A stretch of 44,407 nt of DNA from Blastocystis sp. subtype 4 (taxonomy: Eukaryota), in contig NW_014569491.1 of the NCBI RefSeq assembly GCF_000743755.1, forward strand, positions 1 to 44,407. The letters are read 5' to 3'. A model generated the notes under the pieces. The model had not been told where the DNA came from, ran no database searches, and saw nothing but the letters and a program-made list of their open reading frames with translations. This document shows, in pieces, positions 1 through 12,458 of this stretch. A program made the position numbers and the translations under genes. How positions within the stretch are numbered: position 1 is the stretch's first letter; each line of letters starts with the position of its first letter.

Positions 1-538
1 AAGATCATAACCTCCAGTATTTCGATACAACTTCAATGTCTCTTCCTGGATCTCGATACAAGAACCCTCAAACAGACCAGAGGTTCCTCCAATGAAACCG
101 TACACTCTGCTTCGAGGATTCATCTGATGCAGGTAATCGAACACTCCAGCAACTACACTGTGGCCTCCCGAGCTTTGACGACCACAAAATACAACTCCGA
201 CATGAAGAGGCGTAGTTTTTGCCTCTCCTCTACAAATCACCGAATATACCTAATTTCGACTTTACAAGCTGACGAATGGGGTAGTGAATAGTGTTTGGAA
301 AGTAATGACTTAATAAGGAGGTATCAGCATCTCGAAAAGTGACATTATCATACTTCCGTGTCTACAAAACACATGAAGCATCATTAACTACAACCAATCG
401 ACTTGGATCAGCGAGACAGATTGGATATTCAGGAAGATACATGATTCGTGATTTTGCTAGAGGACCGAGAGACTCTAAACTGCGTCCATGAATGTCAATA
501 TGAATGGTACCAGTCTGTGGAGACACGTAATTGGCCAT
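1..538 (-). CDS. PFP: Pyrophosphate-dependent phosphofructokinase family protein, alpha-subunit-like N-terminus (5' part; continues beyond window start)
   Basis: ATG at 538 (MANYVSPQ...SRIMYLPEYP). After removing a 30-nt intron (362-391) and a 31-nt intron it reads FPNT...LHVGVVFCGRQSSGGHSVVAGVFDYL...VYGFIGGTSGLF...YRNTGGYDL, matching the PFP family pattern. Confidence 0.85.
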
Positions 539-932
539 CGAAATAATGAGATAAAGGCCGATGACGGCGTTTGACAACCACGAGAGCGGGCAATATATTA
601 AGAATCTACGGTTCAACGACATGCAGTCATTGCCTCAAATCGTATCTGTGACTAAAAAAGGAAGTAGAATATAAGAGAGATCTTCAGTAGCATCAGTAAA
701 TGGTATTGACGATAAAACAACGAATGTGACAACATGTATCGTAATACGGTGTTTTAGAGTTCTCAGATAACTGAGATCCTAACTTGACCTCAGGATCCAG
801 GCTTTTGTGGCATTTCGTTGTAATTCGCCGCACCTCTCTTTTTTCTTTTTAGCATACTTAATATACAATTTTGAAATGATTGTTCTTGTTTCCCATATTC
901 ACTTGTCCTTGTCATTATTTGTTAAGCGCGTC

Positions 933-3900
933 ATGGACACCAACATCCAAGAAGTAAAGCATATGATTGACGTAGATATTACTTCTTAAAACAAGGTGCA
1001 GATGTTATACAATCCAATTGACGCAGTACAATCGCAAATTGCGGATCAATGGCTTCAGGAATGGCAAATGCAACCATCTTCATGGGATTTATGTCTTTCG
1101 CTTTGTATGGATAAGGAGAAGCGATACTATACGATATTTGCTATGAACTCAATGGTTGGGTAAGTTGAAAACTTTGCATTTTAAGTAGTTTTCTTCACCG
1201 ATGGTTTTCTTCGGCAACAAATGAGCAAAAGGAGTCTATTCTCTCATCTCTTATTTATTTATCTACAGTTTATGCTGATGGTTTGGTTTCTCGGTAATGT
1301 TAACAGTAGATGAGAGTTTGTGCCGAATATTGGCAACTGCACTCTCTACTCTGACTCTCCTCTCGGTCGATCAAAGCGGGTTGTTTCAGTTTATTGTAAA
1401 TACATTTGCAAAGCAAGTGGACTCAACGCTTCTTATTTATTATCTCATTCAAATGCCTCAAGAGTGTATAGACGATAGAGTATGTCGAATTAGGTGAATC
1501 ATCATCAGTTCCCTTCCTTAGTACAGAATATTGAAATCAACAAACGTCGACTTTTGGAGTATTCTAATTATGCTTTCTCATGTATTGATACAATGATTGA
1601 TAAAGCAGATCATGAGAAGGAGAAGGCAGATATTTTGAATCCGTTGCTTGTTGAAGCTGTCCATAGTTGGGGTTCAATTTGTTCTGCCTCTGTCTCCAAC
1701 TATTCTAACATCATTCCGTTTCTCATTACTGTATTGATGCTCTTCCTTTCTTACGTAGCAATTGCTTAATCCTCTCACTTCTCTCGAAGCGGCTTCCTGT
1801 CTCGAACTGTTTCTTCCGCTTCTGGATACATCTGTTGTTTCATCCATTTCTGTGCAGGTGGCTTCGATAAATCCGGTCTCAGCACCAGAGGATGAATCCA
1901 ATCTCTATCTTTTCATTGAGAGCAAAGTGACTTCCATTGCTACTGCGTTGATGAAGGTTGCAGGTAGTATCCTCTCCATTATTCAGGATGATGTATCGGC
2001 TTGGCATGTATTCTTCCTTGGTTAATATTATATAGCTTCTCCTCTTCTTGCTCCAACTCCCAGATCATCATGTTGTGTCGGTATGTCTTGACTTCCTTGA
2101 GGACTATGTTGCTGATATTTCTTTGCCTTCGGATGCATCTCATCCCCTTTTTCAATATCTCTCTCAAGTCTTGCTTCTCCTGTTGAATCATGCTAGTTTC
2201 CCTCTGTCGCTGTTGAGGTACCAGGTGATGGAATCACCCATCAATTGCAACCAAATAAGTATGCCACTCACTCACAACCCAACAGATCCATCACTCGCCC
2301 ACAACCCAACAAATCCATCACTCGCCCACAACCCAACAAATTCGCTATTCGCACCTCACGATGATTCCTCCCTTCTCATGGCGGTGGAACTCCGAACGCA
2401 GTTGGTGGTATCACTAGCTTTAAGACTCTTACATAGACGGTATTTGTTCAGATATCAAGACTCTTGGATTTCGAAGATTCAATCTTCTTAGTTTGTGATC
2501 GTATGAACAATGCTGCTTCGGTTGAACAGTTTGAGGGTGCTTTAACTTTACTATGTCGATTATGCACCGATATGGAATACATAGAGAATGAAGAATTGTC
2601 CAGTGTAATGACGATCGATGAATATGATTAGTAGCTCTTAGTTCGGTCGCCGCAATTGCTCCAAGAACCTCTTCTAACCACCAGCCTATTGGAACTCTTC
2701 AGCCATCTAGCTAAGGCCATCTCAACTATACCTGATCTTTTTAGAACTCTTGTCTCTTCTATTATTCCCCTTCTTTCCTCTCCCCCACATTCACATCCTG
2801 CATCACAAGCATTGGTTTCCTTGTGTTCAGCAGGAGCCTCCTTGATATGTGAAGATCCATCCTTATTGAGTAAGAATCGATGAATAATAGAAAGTAGATG
2901 CATTCCTGGAGAGCTCATGGATACAAGAGCCTGAAATGGTAACAGAAGCTACCGCTTGTGTGCTGAAGTGCTTTTCGGAATCAGAACGTGTCAGATGGAT
3001 GGAGGAACAGATCCATGCCTGTCTGCAAGCAGATTGCTCCTTATCTATACGGTATCCACGCCTAACAGCCCTCCTTTCCCAGTTCCCTTCGCTCTTCGCT
3101 GTATCGCCTCCTCTTAATCTTATCATCACCGACTGTCTTCCTTTCGTTCTTCAAACCACTGTAGCCTGTTCTTCCCTCGCAAATTCAGAGAGCATTAGTT
3201 GTATTTCATGGATTACCTGTGTCAAACGACTTGTTCGAATCCTCCTGTCGTCGGCTTCAGAGCACCTCCAACCTCTCCTCAACAAGACAGTCCTCTCAAT
3301 AACCAGTGGATGTGATCATTCGTTTGCAGTTCTCCAGGAACTTGTTCTCTGCTGCAATCTTTATCACATGTGGATCTATCATCCCTATATCAGTTGTAGA
3401 CAGTTCACTCCCATTCATGAGATTGTGCGGTATCTTTCACAGTCCGTTCTCCCCTCATGTGATAAAGAGAATGGGTTCTGCCAATCTGCCTCTATCTTAT
3501 CAGGCTTTCTCCAGCTTCTCAAGTATGGAAGCCAAATCGTAAACTTTGTGGATGATCTTCCACTCGAATTACTGATTCAGTTGTGTGTATCTGCACTGTG
3601 CTCGTTTCAAAGGCAGCTGATTCGCGATGTGTCATCATTCCTGGAAATGATCATTGTCCTCAACACAGATGAGCGAGTAGTGGTTCTAGTTCAATCTTAC
3701 TCAACTCCAATCATCCGTTCCTGTGTAGGTGTCGAATTAACCTCCCCTATCTAGTTCGTCTCACTAATGGAACATAGCTCCTCCCAATTAGTTTATGAAA
3801 CCAATTCCACACCGTTATCCCTTTTGTATGTCTATTTCGAGTATCATCACGAGTCGCTTCTTCAAGTACTCGATTCTTTCTTTGAATCCATTCGACATAT

Positions 3901-4026
3901 TCCTGAATTTGTAGAATCCTTAATGTGTTATTCCGTAGAGTTTAGTCCATTCAGAAGAATTGAGTGTGTACCAGTTCAATGCAGCAATCCTTAAGTTGTG
4001 TAACACAAGTAAGGTTTTATCTCCTT
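933..4026 (+). CDS. Karyopherin-beta family protein (importin-13/transportin-3-like), multi-exon
   Basis: After a 30-nt intron (972-1001) it reads MDTNIQEVKHMIDMLYNP...ADQWLQEWQMQPSSWDLCLSL, typical of an importin-beta N-terminal domain, followed by Leu-rich helical ORF pieces. The 3' end is ambiguous: TAA at 3992-3994, or a poly(A)-made stop at T4026. Confidence 0.6.
2273..2341 (+). repeat. 27-nt tandem repeat, about 2.6 copies (cacaacccaaca[g/a]atccatcactcgcc), encoding HNPT[D/N]PSLA
   Basis: Units start at 2273, 2300 and 2327 and are directly visible. Confidence 0.9.
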
Positions 4027-4254
4027 TATATGTTTGTGTAACAAGTTTTTCGTTCCACCAATCACAATCAAGGAAACAAATTCCCACATATTTGCAGTAG
4101 CAATCGTTAGTTGCCACCGTTGTTCCATCCTTTGTTGGACCCTCCCCTTCCTTTTGCATCGAGTGGAAGACATCGGCTTTATTTCGATCATTGTTAGCTG
4201 TTTCAAGGTGTGAAGTACTTTTTACTACTCTTGTGTTCTGTATACAAGTGGAAG

Positions 4255-5213
4255 ATGCCTTTGGATAATGAATCTTCAGAATTTCGGAGTGGAGCTTTTT
4301 CTCCATACGACGATGATAATCCACTGGTCGTGATACCTAGTGATTTAAAAACCAATGTGAAAGATCTTGAGCCGAAGAGTGCATCTCCTTGCAATAGTGA
4401 GCCTTCGGTGTTGCGTGTCCCAGCTCCAGCAATCTCTGGAACAAAAATGAGTTCCATTCGAGAGGGGGTTATTCAGCGACAAAAACCTATAGCGCGTTAC
4501 TCTCCTACATTAAATGTTACTATTGGTAATGTTTCCGTGTCTCTTGTAGGTGTCATTTTCATGGTTTCATGTAGCCTTGTGATCTATCTATGTTGCCTTC
4601 AGTTCGGATCGTCCAACATAATCCAGCGAATTCTGTCCAATCCAGGTCACAGTTGTTTGCGGGAATCACTTCTAGTTGTTGCCCAACCATAACGCAAGGG
4701 GGAATCTCGTCGGGCTCTTGTTCTGGAACGGAATCGAGGGCCCAGATGCCTTTTCTCTCGGCCCCCCTGTGTCCGGCCATTCAAGTTATTCAACCTGTGT
4801 TTATCTGTAATCAGCCACCTCCATCTCCCGATTTTCCCATTGAATCCCTTCCCGTTCCTCCAGTCGAAGATTCCAGGCCCCTTCCTACTACTCCATCTGT
4901 TCATTGTACTTGTACTAAAACTCATTGTCTAAAGCTGTATTGTGAATGTCTCAAAGCAGGCCAGCTGTGTTCCCTGCAATGTGGATGTGTGGACTGTCAT
5001 AACAGAGAAAACTCCCCAGAGCGAGCGAAGGTTATGAAACGAGTGAAGCGAAAACGGCGAACCACAGGAAAAGTGGATGATTACCCATCGTGTGCGTGCC
5101 AGAAAAGTCTGTGTAACAAGCGTTACTGTTCTTGTTACCAGTCTGGCCATTACTGTTCTGAAAAATGTCAGTGTGTCGATTGTCATAATCGAAAACGTGA
5201 TTATTGCCTGTAA
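4255..5213 (+). CDS. LIN54: Tesmin/TSO1-like CXC (CRC) domain protein, LIN54-like
   Basis: Two CXC domains: CTCTKTHCLKLYCECLKAGQLCSLQCGCVDCHN and CACQKSLCNKRYCSCYQSGHYCSEKCQCVDCHN. A 29-nt intron (4546-4574) joins the two ORFs. TGTTTGTT at 5226. Confidence 0.85.
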
Positions 5214-5503
5214 TCTTACTTGTGTTGTTTGTTCAAGGAATTGTAGTCTCACAGAAATGCACAATGGGTTGTTCTTGATTGTCAATGCAACAATTATAAC
5301 AGCAGAAGAGGATGCCAAAGTCTCCCTAGATCGTTCTTGATTGTCAATTCATCACGTTGCAAACATTAGATCATAGTGTTAAAAATCATGGAAATCGTTC
5401 TGCTAGTTATGAAACAACTACGAATAGTCCGAACGGAGATGCATGTTCAGTGATATAGATTATTATAATTGTGTATCCATACACTTTTTTCTGTTTTCTT
5501 ACT

Positions 5504-6501
5504 ATGCTTCTCGAATTTCGAGTTCCCCTTCCCTATTGTGTCGAAGATCCCACAGTTGGCTACCTGTACATGGTGATGATGGCCAATCTGGAAGCTACAG
5601 GTGGTGGTGAAGGTGTCAAATGGATCACAAATGAGCCGTATGTTTTCATCATCCTCTTTTTCACAATAGATATGACAACACAGATGGTCATTTAGATTTA
5701 GGACTGAAGGGGTATGAAATTCCCAAGAATTGTGGCCAGTATACGCTGAAGCAGTATGAGATTATGATTCGTGTTGATAGATAGCTACATTGTTAATTCC
5801 AAGTTCCCTTCATGGTTTGCCAAGATCTTACCGAAAGGTCATTTTTTGTGTTGTTTGTGAGATCTAGAGTGCATGACATTGGTTGAAGAAGCTTGGTGTT
5901 CGTCAGAGTATCGTTTTGCTGTGATTAGTAATCAGTACTTGGACCGCAACAAGTTCCATATTGTATTGGAATCGAAGATTCTGAATGGCGATGACGGTAC
6001 GTCAGAAAATGTATTCGGTCTTTCACCAGCCGATATGAAGTCTCGTCACGTGGAGTTCTACGACATGTGCGATGTGTACAAGAGTGAGAAGATTCCTGCA
6101 TCCGAAGACTTGACCAAATTAACGCTACAGGAGATTCCAGAGATGCCTCTGACCTCCGGTTGGTATAAGACGTGGGATCGCAGCAAAATCTCTTGCCACT
6201 ATTGGCTTTTGCATATCAACTTTGGTTACTTCGGTCTTCAGACCATTGGTGAGAACATGGTGTATAACCAGCAGTGTTATATGAACCGGTAACGCTGAAT
6301 ATCAATTCTTAGTGTAGTGTAGTGGAGCGCCAAATGGTAGCGACCATTGACAAGTGGAAGCACTTGACGATGGAAGATATCCGCAAGCTGGAGGAAGAGA
6401 ACCGGAAGGAATTAGAAGAGAGAATCAAGTCTAAGGAGATTGCTATGGCGTATAGAATATTCATTGAATTGAAGAGTAGATTTACTGCAGGTGTGAAGTA
6501 A
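5504..6501 (+). CDS. PITP: Phosphatidylinositol transfer protein (START-like PITP class)
   Basis: MLLEFRVPLP...YLYMVM...GEGVKWITNEPY, LVEEAW, IDKWKHLTMEDIRKLEEE. Multiple introns of about 30 nt; TAA 6499-6501; motif at 6519. Confidence 0.85.
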
Positions 6502-6570
6502 TATGGGTTTGGATGAGTTGTTTGTTTTCATTCCTTTTTTGTCATGACCGAGTATTTGAAACCCGAAGAC

Positions 6571-9500
6571 ATGGACACGGTCCAGAAGATGAAGTACATG
6601 TCGATTGTGTCCAAAGTATGCAAGGAATTGGATACACATCTAGGGTTCAGTGAAAAGTCAGTTGCTGAGGTTTAAATTGATTCCTATATGCTAATAACTA
6701 GTTTTTGATAGCAACAGCCATGGAAGCCAAGTCTGCTGAGAACTTTCACAAGCAGTTGGTCCAGAATGAAATTACATTAGAAAACTTCTTTACCGACTCA
6801 TTATATTCAACAATTCTGTATTTGTATCCCAAAAAGACAAAGTTGGAATCCGTAGTTTCTCAGAATGGTTCTGTAGGGATGGAGAAGACGGAAAGTGCTA
6901 TGAGTGTTGGAGGAGAGGAGAAGCTATGGGGTCAAGAGAAGATGGAACGTAGTTCGTTGAAGGATGATTTGTCGGAGCGTCATTCTAGGAGCCATTCACA
7001 TCACCGCTCTCAACGAGATTCTAGAGTTCGTTCACGTTCTCGTTCTCATCATCGAGCGTCTAGGAGCCGCTCACGTCACCACTCTCATTATGATTCCAGG
7101 AGCCGTTCGCATTCTCACTCCCATCGAGATTCCAGAAGTGTCCCTCATCACCACTCTTATCGAGATTCGCGAAGTCATTCTCCTGATGCTAAACAGCCTC
7201 TTGTTGTCGATCGGATTTACGATGGACGTGTCACTAGCATCATGGACTACGGCGTATTTGTGGAACTTCGCAATATCTCTCCTCGCAGAGAGGGCCTCGT
7301 TCACATCAGCAACATTGCCCGCAATCGTATTGGTCATCCACGAGATGTGCTTCATCGCGACCAGCAGGTCAAAGTCAAAGTCACCCAGATCTCTGGGAAT
7401 CGAATCTCTCTCAACATGAAAGATGTCGATCAGGAAACAGGAGAAGAAATCACCTCCTCTCCCATCCCTCCACCTCCATCACGCGCTCCCTTGCCAAATG
7501 TGCGACGAAAGCGGATGTCCTCCTGGGAACGATTCGAATACAATCAGCTCCTAAGTAGTGGTGTTCTCACACCGGAAGAGCAGAAACGTTTTGCTGATCA
7601 ATATGAGAATGTGGACCTGGAAGAGGAGATTCAACCTGAAGAGACTGTTGATGTGGTGGTGAATGAGAAGGAAGCTCCATTCCTGGCCAATGTGGAGATT
7701 CGAGATGAGCCTGAGAAGAACGAGAAGGTGGCAATTATCAAGAACCCAGAAGGGTCCATGAACAGGGCGGCTCTGGCTAGTTCAGTAATGATGCAAGAAA
7801 GAAAGGCCCTCCGAGCCCGACAACAGCGAGAAGGACAGACTAATTTGCCTAGTGGAGCCCTCACATCGTTCGACGATCCGATGCCTGAAGGTGGAGTTCA
7901 TCTCCTCGCATCGGAAGTGCGTGCTATGAGTGATTCAAGGTCCTCTGCTCAGCCTACCATTTCCTCACGACCTCGATTGCCTTCTGGCAATCGCAAAACC
8001 CTCTCCATTACAGAACAACGCAAGTCCTTGCCAGTATACGAGCGTCGCGAGCAGCTTCTTCAGGCCATTCGGGATAATACCGTTCTTGTTGTCCAAGGAG
8101 AGACTGGCTCTGGGAAAACCACACAAATGACACAATATATTGTGGAAGCTGGACTAAATGGAGGAAAGATCGTCGGTTGCACCCAACCTCGTCGTGTAGC
8201 TGCCATTTCTGTGGCAACTCGTGTAGCTGAGGAGTATGGATGTCGAGTCGGTGAGGAGGTTGGTTTCAGCGTACGTTTCAATGATCGTACTAGCAATCGA
8301 ACTATCATCAAGTATATGACAGATGGAATGTTGATGAGAGAGTATCTGTTAGATGGAATGTTGTCAAAGTATTCCATTCTGATTCTGGATGAAGCCCACG
8401 AACGAACTCTCTACACAGATGTTCTATTCGCCCTTCTGAAAGAATTGATCAAGAAACGACGTGATTTGAAGTTGATTATCACTTCAGCTACGCTCGACGT
8501 CATGAAGTTCAGTCAATATTACAGTTGGAAAGCGTTACATCTTTCACTTGTAGACAATTGTCCCATTCTGAATATCAAAGGTCGCACGTTCCCAGTGACA
8601 ACATACTATCTCTCAGAACCAGAGTCCAATTATGTCGAATCCTCGTTACAAACAGTCTGGGATATTAATCGAGAAGAGCCTCCTGGAGATATTCTCGTGT
8701 TCCTTACTGGTCAAGAAGAGATTGAGTATGTGTGTGAAGTAGGATAATGGAATCGAGTTGAAGTGTAGGCACTTGAAGAGAGACAGAAACGAGTGACAGA
8801 CGACAGTGTTCCTCCGATGTTGATTTGTCCAGTGTTTGGTGCGCAGACAAATGATCAACAACAACTCATCTTCCAACCCACGCCTCCAGGATATCGAAAA
8901 GTGGTGGTTGCTACCAATATAGCTGAAGCTTCTCTCACTATCGATGGCATTTACTATGTGGTTGACAGTGGATTCTGTAAACAGTCTGTGTATAACCCGA
9001 AAACAGGAATGGATTCACTTATCATTGTACCAATATCGCAAGACTCTGCCAAGCAGCGAAAGGGTCGTGCAGGACGAACTGGTCCTGGCAAATGTTATCG
9101 ACTGTATACTAAGAGGCAAAAGAAGACTGAAATGTTGCCCCACACAATTCCTGAGATTCAGAGGTCAAATTTGGATAACGTTGTGTTGATGCTCAAAGCT
9201 ATGCAGATTAACGACATTCTGCATTTCGACTTCCTAGATCCTCCCACCCAACAAGCTATTGTAAAGGCAATGGAACGACTCTACACACTCGACTGTCTCG
9301 ATGACGATGGTCTGTTGACGCCTCTTGGGTCCCAGATGGCTGTGTTCCCTCTCTCTCCCCAGTTATCAAAGGCTCTCATCACATCTGTGGAACTAGGTTG
9401 TAGTGGAGACACTCTAACTGTGGTGAGCATGTTGTCTGAAGAGAATTTATTCCTTCGTCCCAAGGATAAGCAGGCACAAGCAGATCAGAAACATGCCATG

Positions 9501-10116
9501 TTGTTTGCATCAGAAGGAGATCAAATAACCTATCTTACCATCTACAATAATTGGCAGAAGAATGGGAAATCCAAGAAATGGTGCGATGATCGTTTCCTTC
9601 AAGAGCGTGCTTTGCGGCGAGCAGAGGATGTCCGAAGTCAGCTCCAGCGTATGATGACCCAATTCAAAATGCCTATTTTGTATAGCAATCATGATTATAA
9701 GGCAGTTCAAAAGAGTATTGTTAGTGGTTATTTCACCAATGTGGCGAAGCGAGATACTGATGGTTATAAGTGTCTGTTGGATGGAACAATTGTGTAGGGA
9801 ATGTTGGGTATATGGCATGTAGTCATCTTCATCCATCTTCCAGTCTGAAGGGCCGAGAACCTGAATGGGTATGTTATTCGATGATTCGAATGACATCTCG
9901 AGAGTATATGATGAATGTGATGTGTATGAGTTAGAAGGAATGTAAGATGTAGCAATTGATCCCAAATGGCTAGTGGAACTGGCACCCAAGTTCTACAAGA
10001 AGGCAGACGGCAAAACAATCACAAAGAATAAGAAGCAAGAGAAGCTACAACCAGTTTTCAATTATCGTATGCCAGATGATTCTTGGAGAATGAGTCGGAG
10101 AAAGGGTTGGTTTTAG
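6571..10116 (+). CDS. PRP22: Pre-mRNA splicing DEAH-box RNA helicase Prp22/DHX8
   Basis: N-terminal SIVSKVCKELDTHLG, RS-rich region, S1 domain (EGLVHIS), GETGSGKTTQ, DEAHER, SAT, QRKGRAGRTGPGKCYRLY, C-terminal WRMSRRKG. Confidence 0.97.
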
Positions 10117-10152
10117 AATGTTTGTTGGGAACAATCTTGAATCCACTGCATA

Positions 10153-12418
10153 CTATACAAAACACACTTGAGATTGGTATCTCTCACACACTTCACATGT
10201 CCTGCAATGATTGGTAAAGGCACTTGACAACCAGGATCTGACATCATAAACATCGTTCCGATCCATTTTATGATAAAAACACTTCACATATTCACTAACT
10301 TGAGTTGGTCGAAGTTCAAGCAAAAGCAACCAATACTCATTCACTGTATCTACCACCTTCTTTCGGTGTGTCTCTGAGAGTCGACCTGCATACACACAAG
10401 CATCCAATCCATAGAGCACTTCCTGATCGATCAGCTGACTGGCTCGAACTGGACATTTCTCAATCACCACCATCAGGAACTGGAGCAGAGAAACAGCTTG
10501 TTCAACTCGAACGCCATCATTCAACCCTCCTTCTGCAAACAACAGAATCTTATGGACATATGGAACAAGGAATTCTGGAGGGCTCATCCGAAATAGAGTA
10601 ACTAAGCAATGAAGATGTCTATGAATGATGTCATTTACGTATCCTCACGTAGCATATTCATAGAGTGTGAGAACAGAGAGCTGGCTAACAATATTCTGGA
10701 TCATATGCTCCAAATGCCGACTCCCGCAAGGTTCATCTGAATCCAACAGAATGGCGGAGCATTCGGATTGGAGGATCCCATACGTCGCTTCGATTCCCGT
10801 GGTGAATTTGACAAAAGATGCGACATGAAGAATACAATCTGTAAGAGGATCATAGATGGTTAGCAAGGATAATCGTGGGGATTTCTGGAGAATGCACTGA
10901 AGTGCTGAACATGTCCGTAAGAAATAGTCCTGATCTTCGACATGACAGTTGGCGATTTGGAGAAGTTTGGTCAACCACTCCACAACAGTGACAGCCGAGC
11001 GAGATTCTGCACTCAGATTCCATGTCGTTGCACAGTAGAGACAGTACTCACAAGCATCCTGATACAGAGTGGCTTCTGAACAGAAGGAACTGAGATAGTG
11101 AGAAGTATCCTGATGAACTTTCAGTGAGTTGATTCGCTGAAGCAGCCACTCCACAGAGACATGCATTTCGTGAGGAGAGTAGGGAAGAGGAGGAAGAGAA
11201 GCGTGAATGATTTGAAAAACAAAGAGAACTGAATTGGTTACTACAGTGGTGAGAAATAAAAGAGAGATACATTTGGGAGTCAGCCATTTCCCTTCCTGGA
11301 GAGATAGAAGATGGGTTGCTGTTTGAGTACAGAGAAGAAGGGGCTGAGATAACGATCGATGATGCAGAGTGGAAAGGATGTGGAGGAGTTGAGTGAGAAG
11401 CGATTGAAGTGTCTCACTTGGATGAGGGAACTCCTGGATTCCTAGTTCGATTCCACCCTCCACATAGGCGACAAAGAGCCAACAACACTTCACCGCGGTT
11501 GACGATGATTCCTACATCTCATCTCCTCTTTATCTATTACATTCTTTACTATATCTATGATCGAAGGGAACATTGCACCCGATTTCCCAATCTGATACAT
11601 CAAATCACAAAGATGATCTTCAATAGATGTGAAAGACCCATGTGTGGAGTTCAAAGACTCTTCCTGCATCAATGCTAGCAATTCATGAAGGTGCTGAATC
11701 ACCTCCTCCATACACTCTCGTACCTGTCCTAATACACACTAGGATTCAAAACTATGGATATTCCTACTCCTTCAAGAATATGGAGATGGTAATGAATCTG
11801 TTGATCATAGTGTAAGGATTCTCTGGGTGTCTCTATGCACACCTTCAGACACTCCTTGAAATGATGAACCGGAAACGTGAAACTCTTTAACCAGGCAGAA
11901 ACGGAAGGACGAGACATTTGTCGGTTCTCTTCAACAGATCGCATACAATCAATCCAATCAACTCCTTTCCTTTTGTCCAATTGTTCAATCAACTGAAACA
12001 GACATATCCACACTTCTTCATGATCATCCAGAATGATCGTAGAGTAGATGCAGCTGTTCAAGAAATTATAGAACAAATTCATTTCCTGGGAATCCATATG
12101 CAGTTCTGTACATATTAACAAGGCCAAACACTTCGTCCTCCATTGCAGCCAACAAGTATTATCCTGAATTAGGATCCGCATAACATCTCGGGTTTCTTGA
12201 TTACAGTTTGGATGACTTTTAACAAAACGAAGACAATTGACGAGAAGTTGTTGAATCTCATGTCTCTTTTCACTTTGAGACAACTCTTTGAATCTCAAAC
12301 AACTTGTTTGAATGCTATCTACGTTGATGGCAGTTAACACCACCTCCTGAACGATATCGTGCATTGAAATTCTCTGTCTATAATCAATATCATCCAGTTC
12401 TTCAATTAGAGGAGACAT
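10153..12418 (-). CDS. Large helical hypothetical protein, multi-exon
   Basis: Chain of minus-strand ORFs (11729-12418, 11490-11711, 10645-11493, 10153-10587) separated by intron-sized gaps. No family recognised. Confidence 0.55.
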
Positions 12419-12458
12419 GGCAACAAACACAAAACAACTATTCGTCAAAAGATCACAA

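Noticed and set aside
2273..2341. Direct repeats as a possible CRISPR array
   Set aside because: The units are contiguous with no unique spacers, and the context is eukaryotic coding sequence.
6980..7185. Arg/Ser/His-rich repeats in PRP22
   Set aside because: An ordinary RS-like domain, known in DHX8 orthologues.
10153..10587. Possible Urb2/Npa2-like C-terminus for the large hypothetical protein
   Set aside because: The resemblance is too weak to support without an HMM search.
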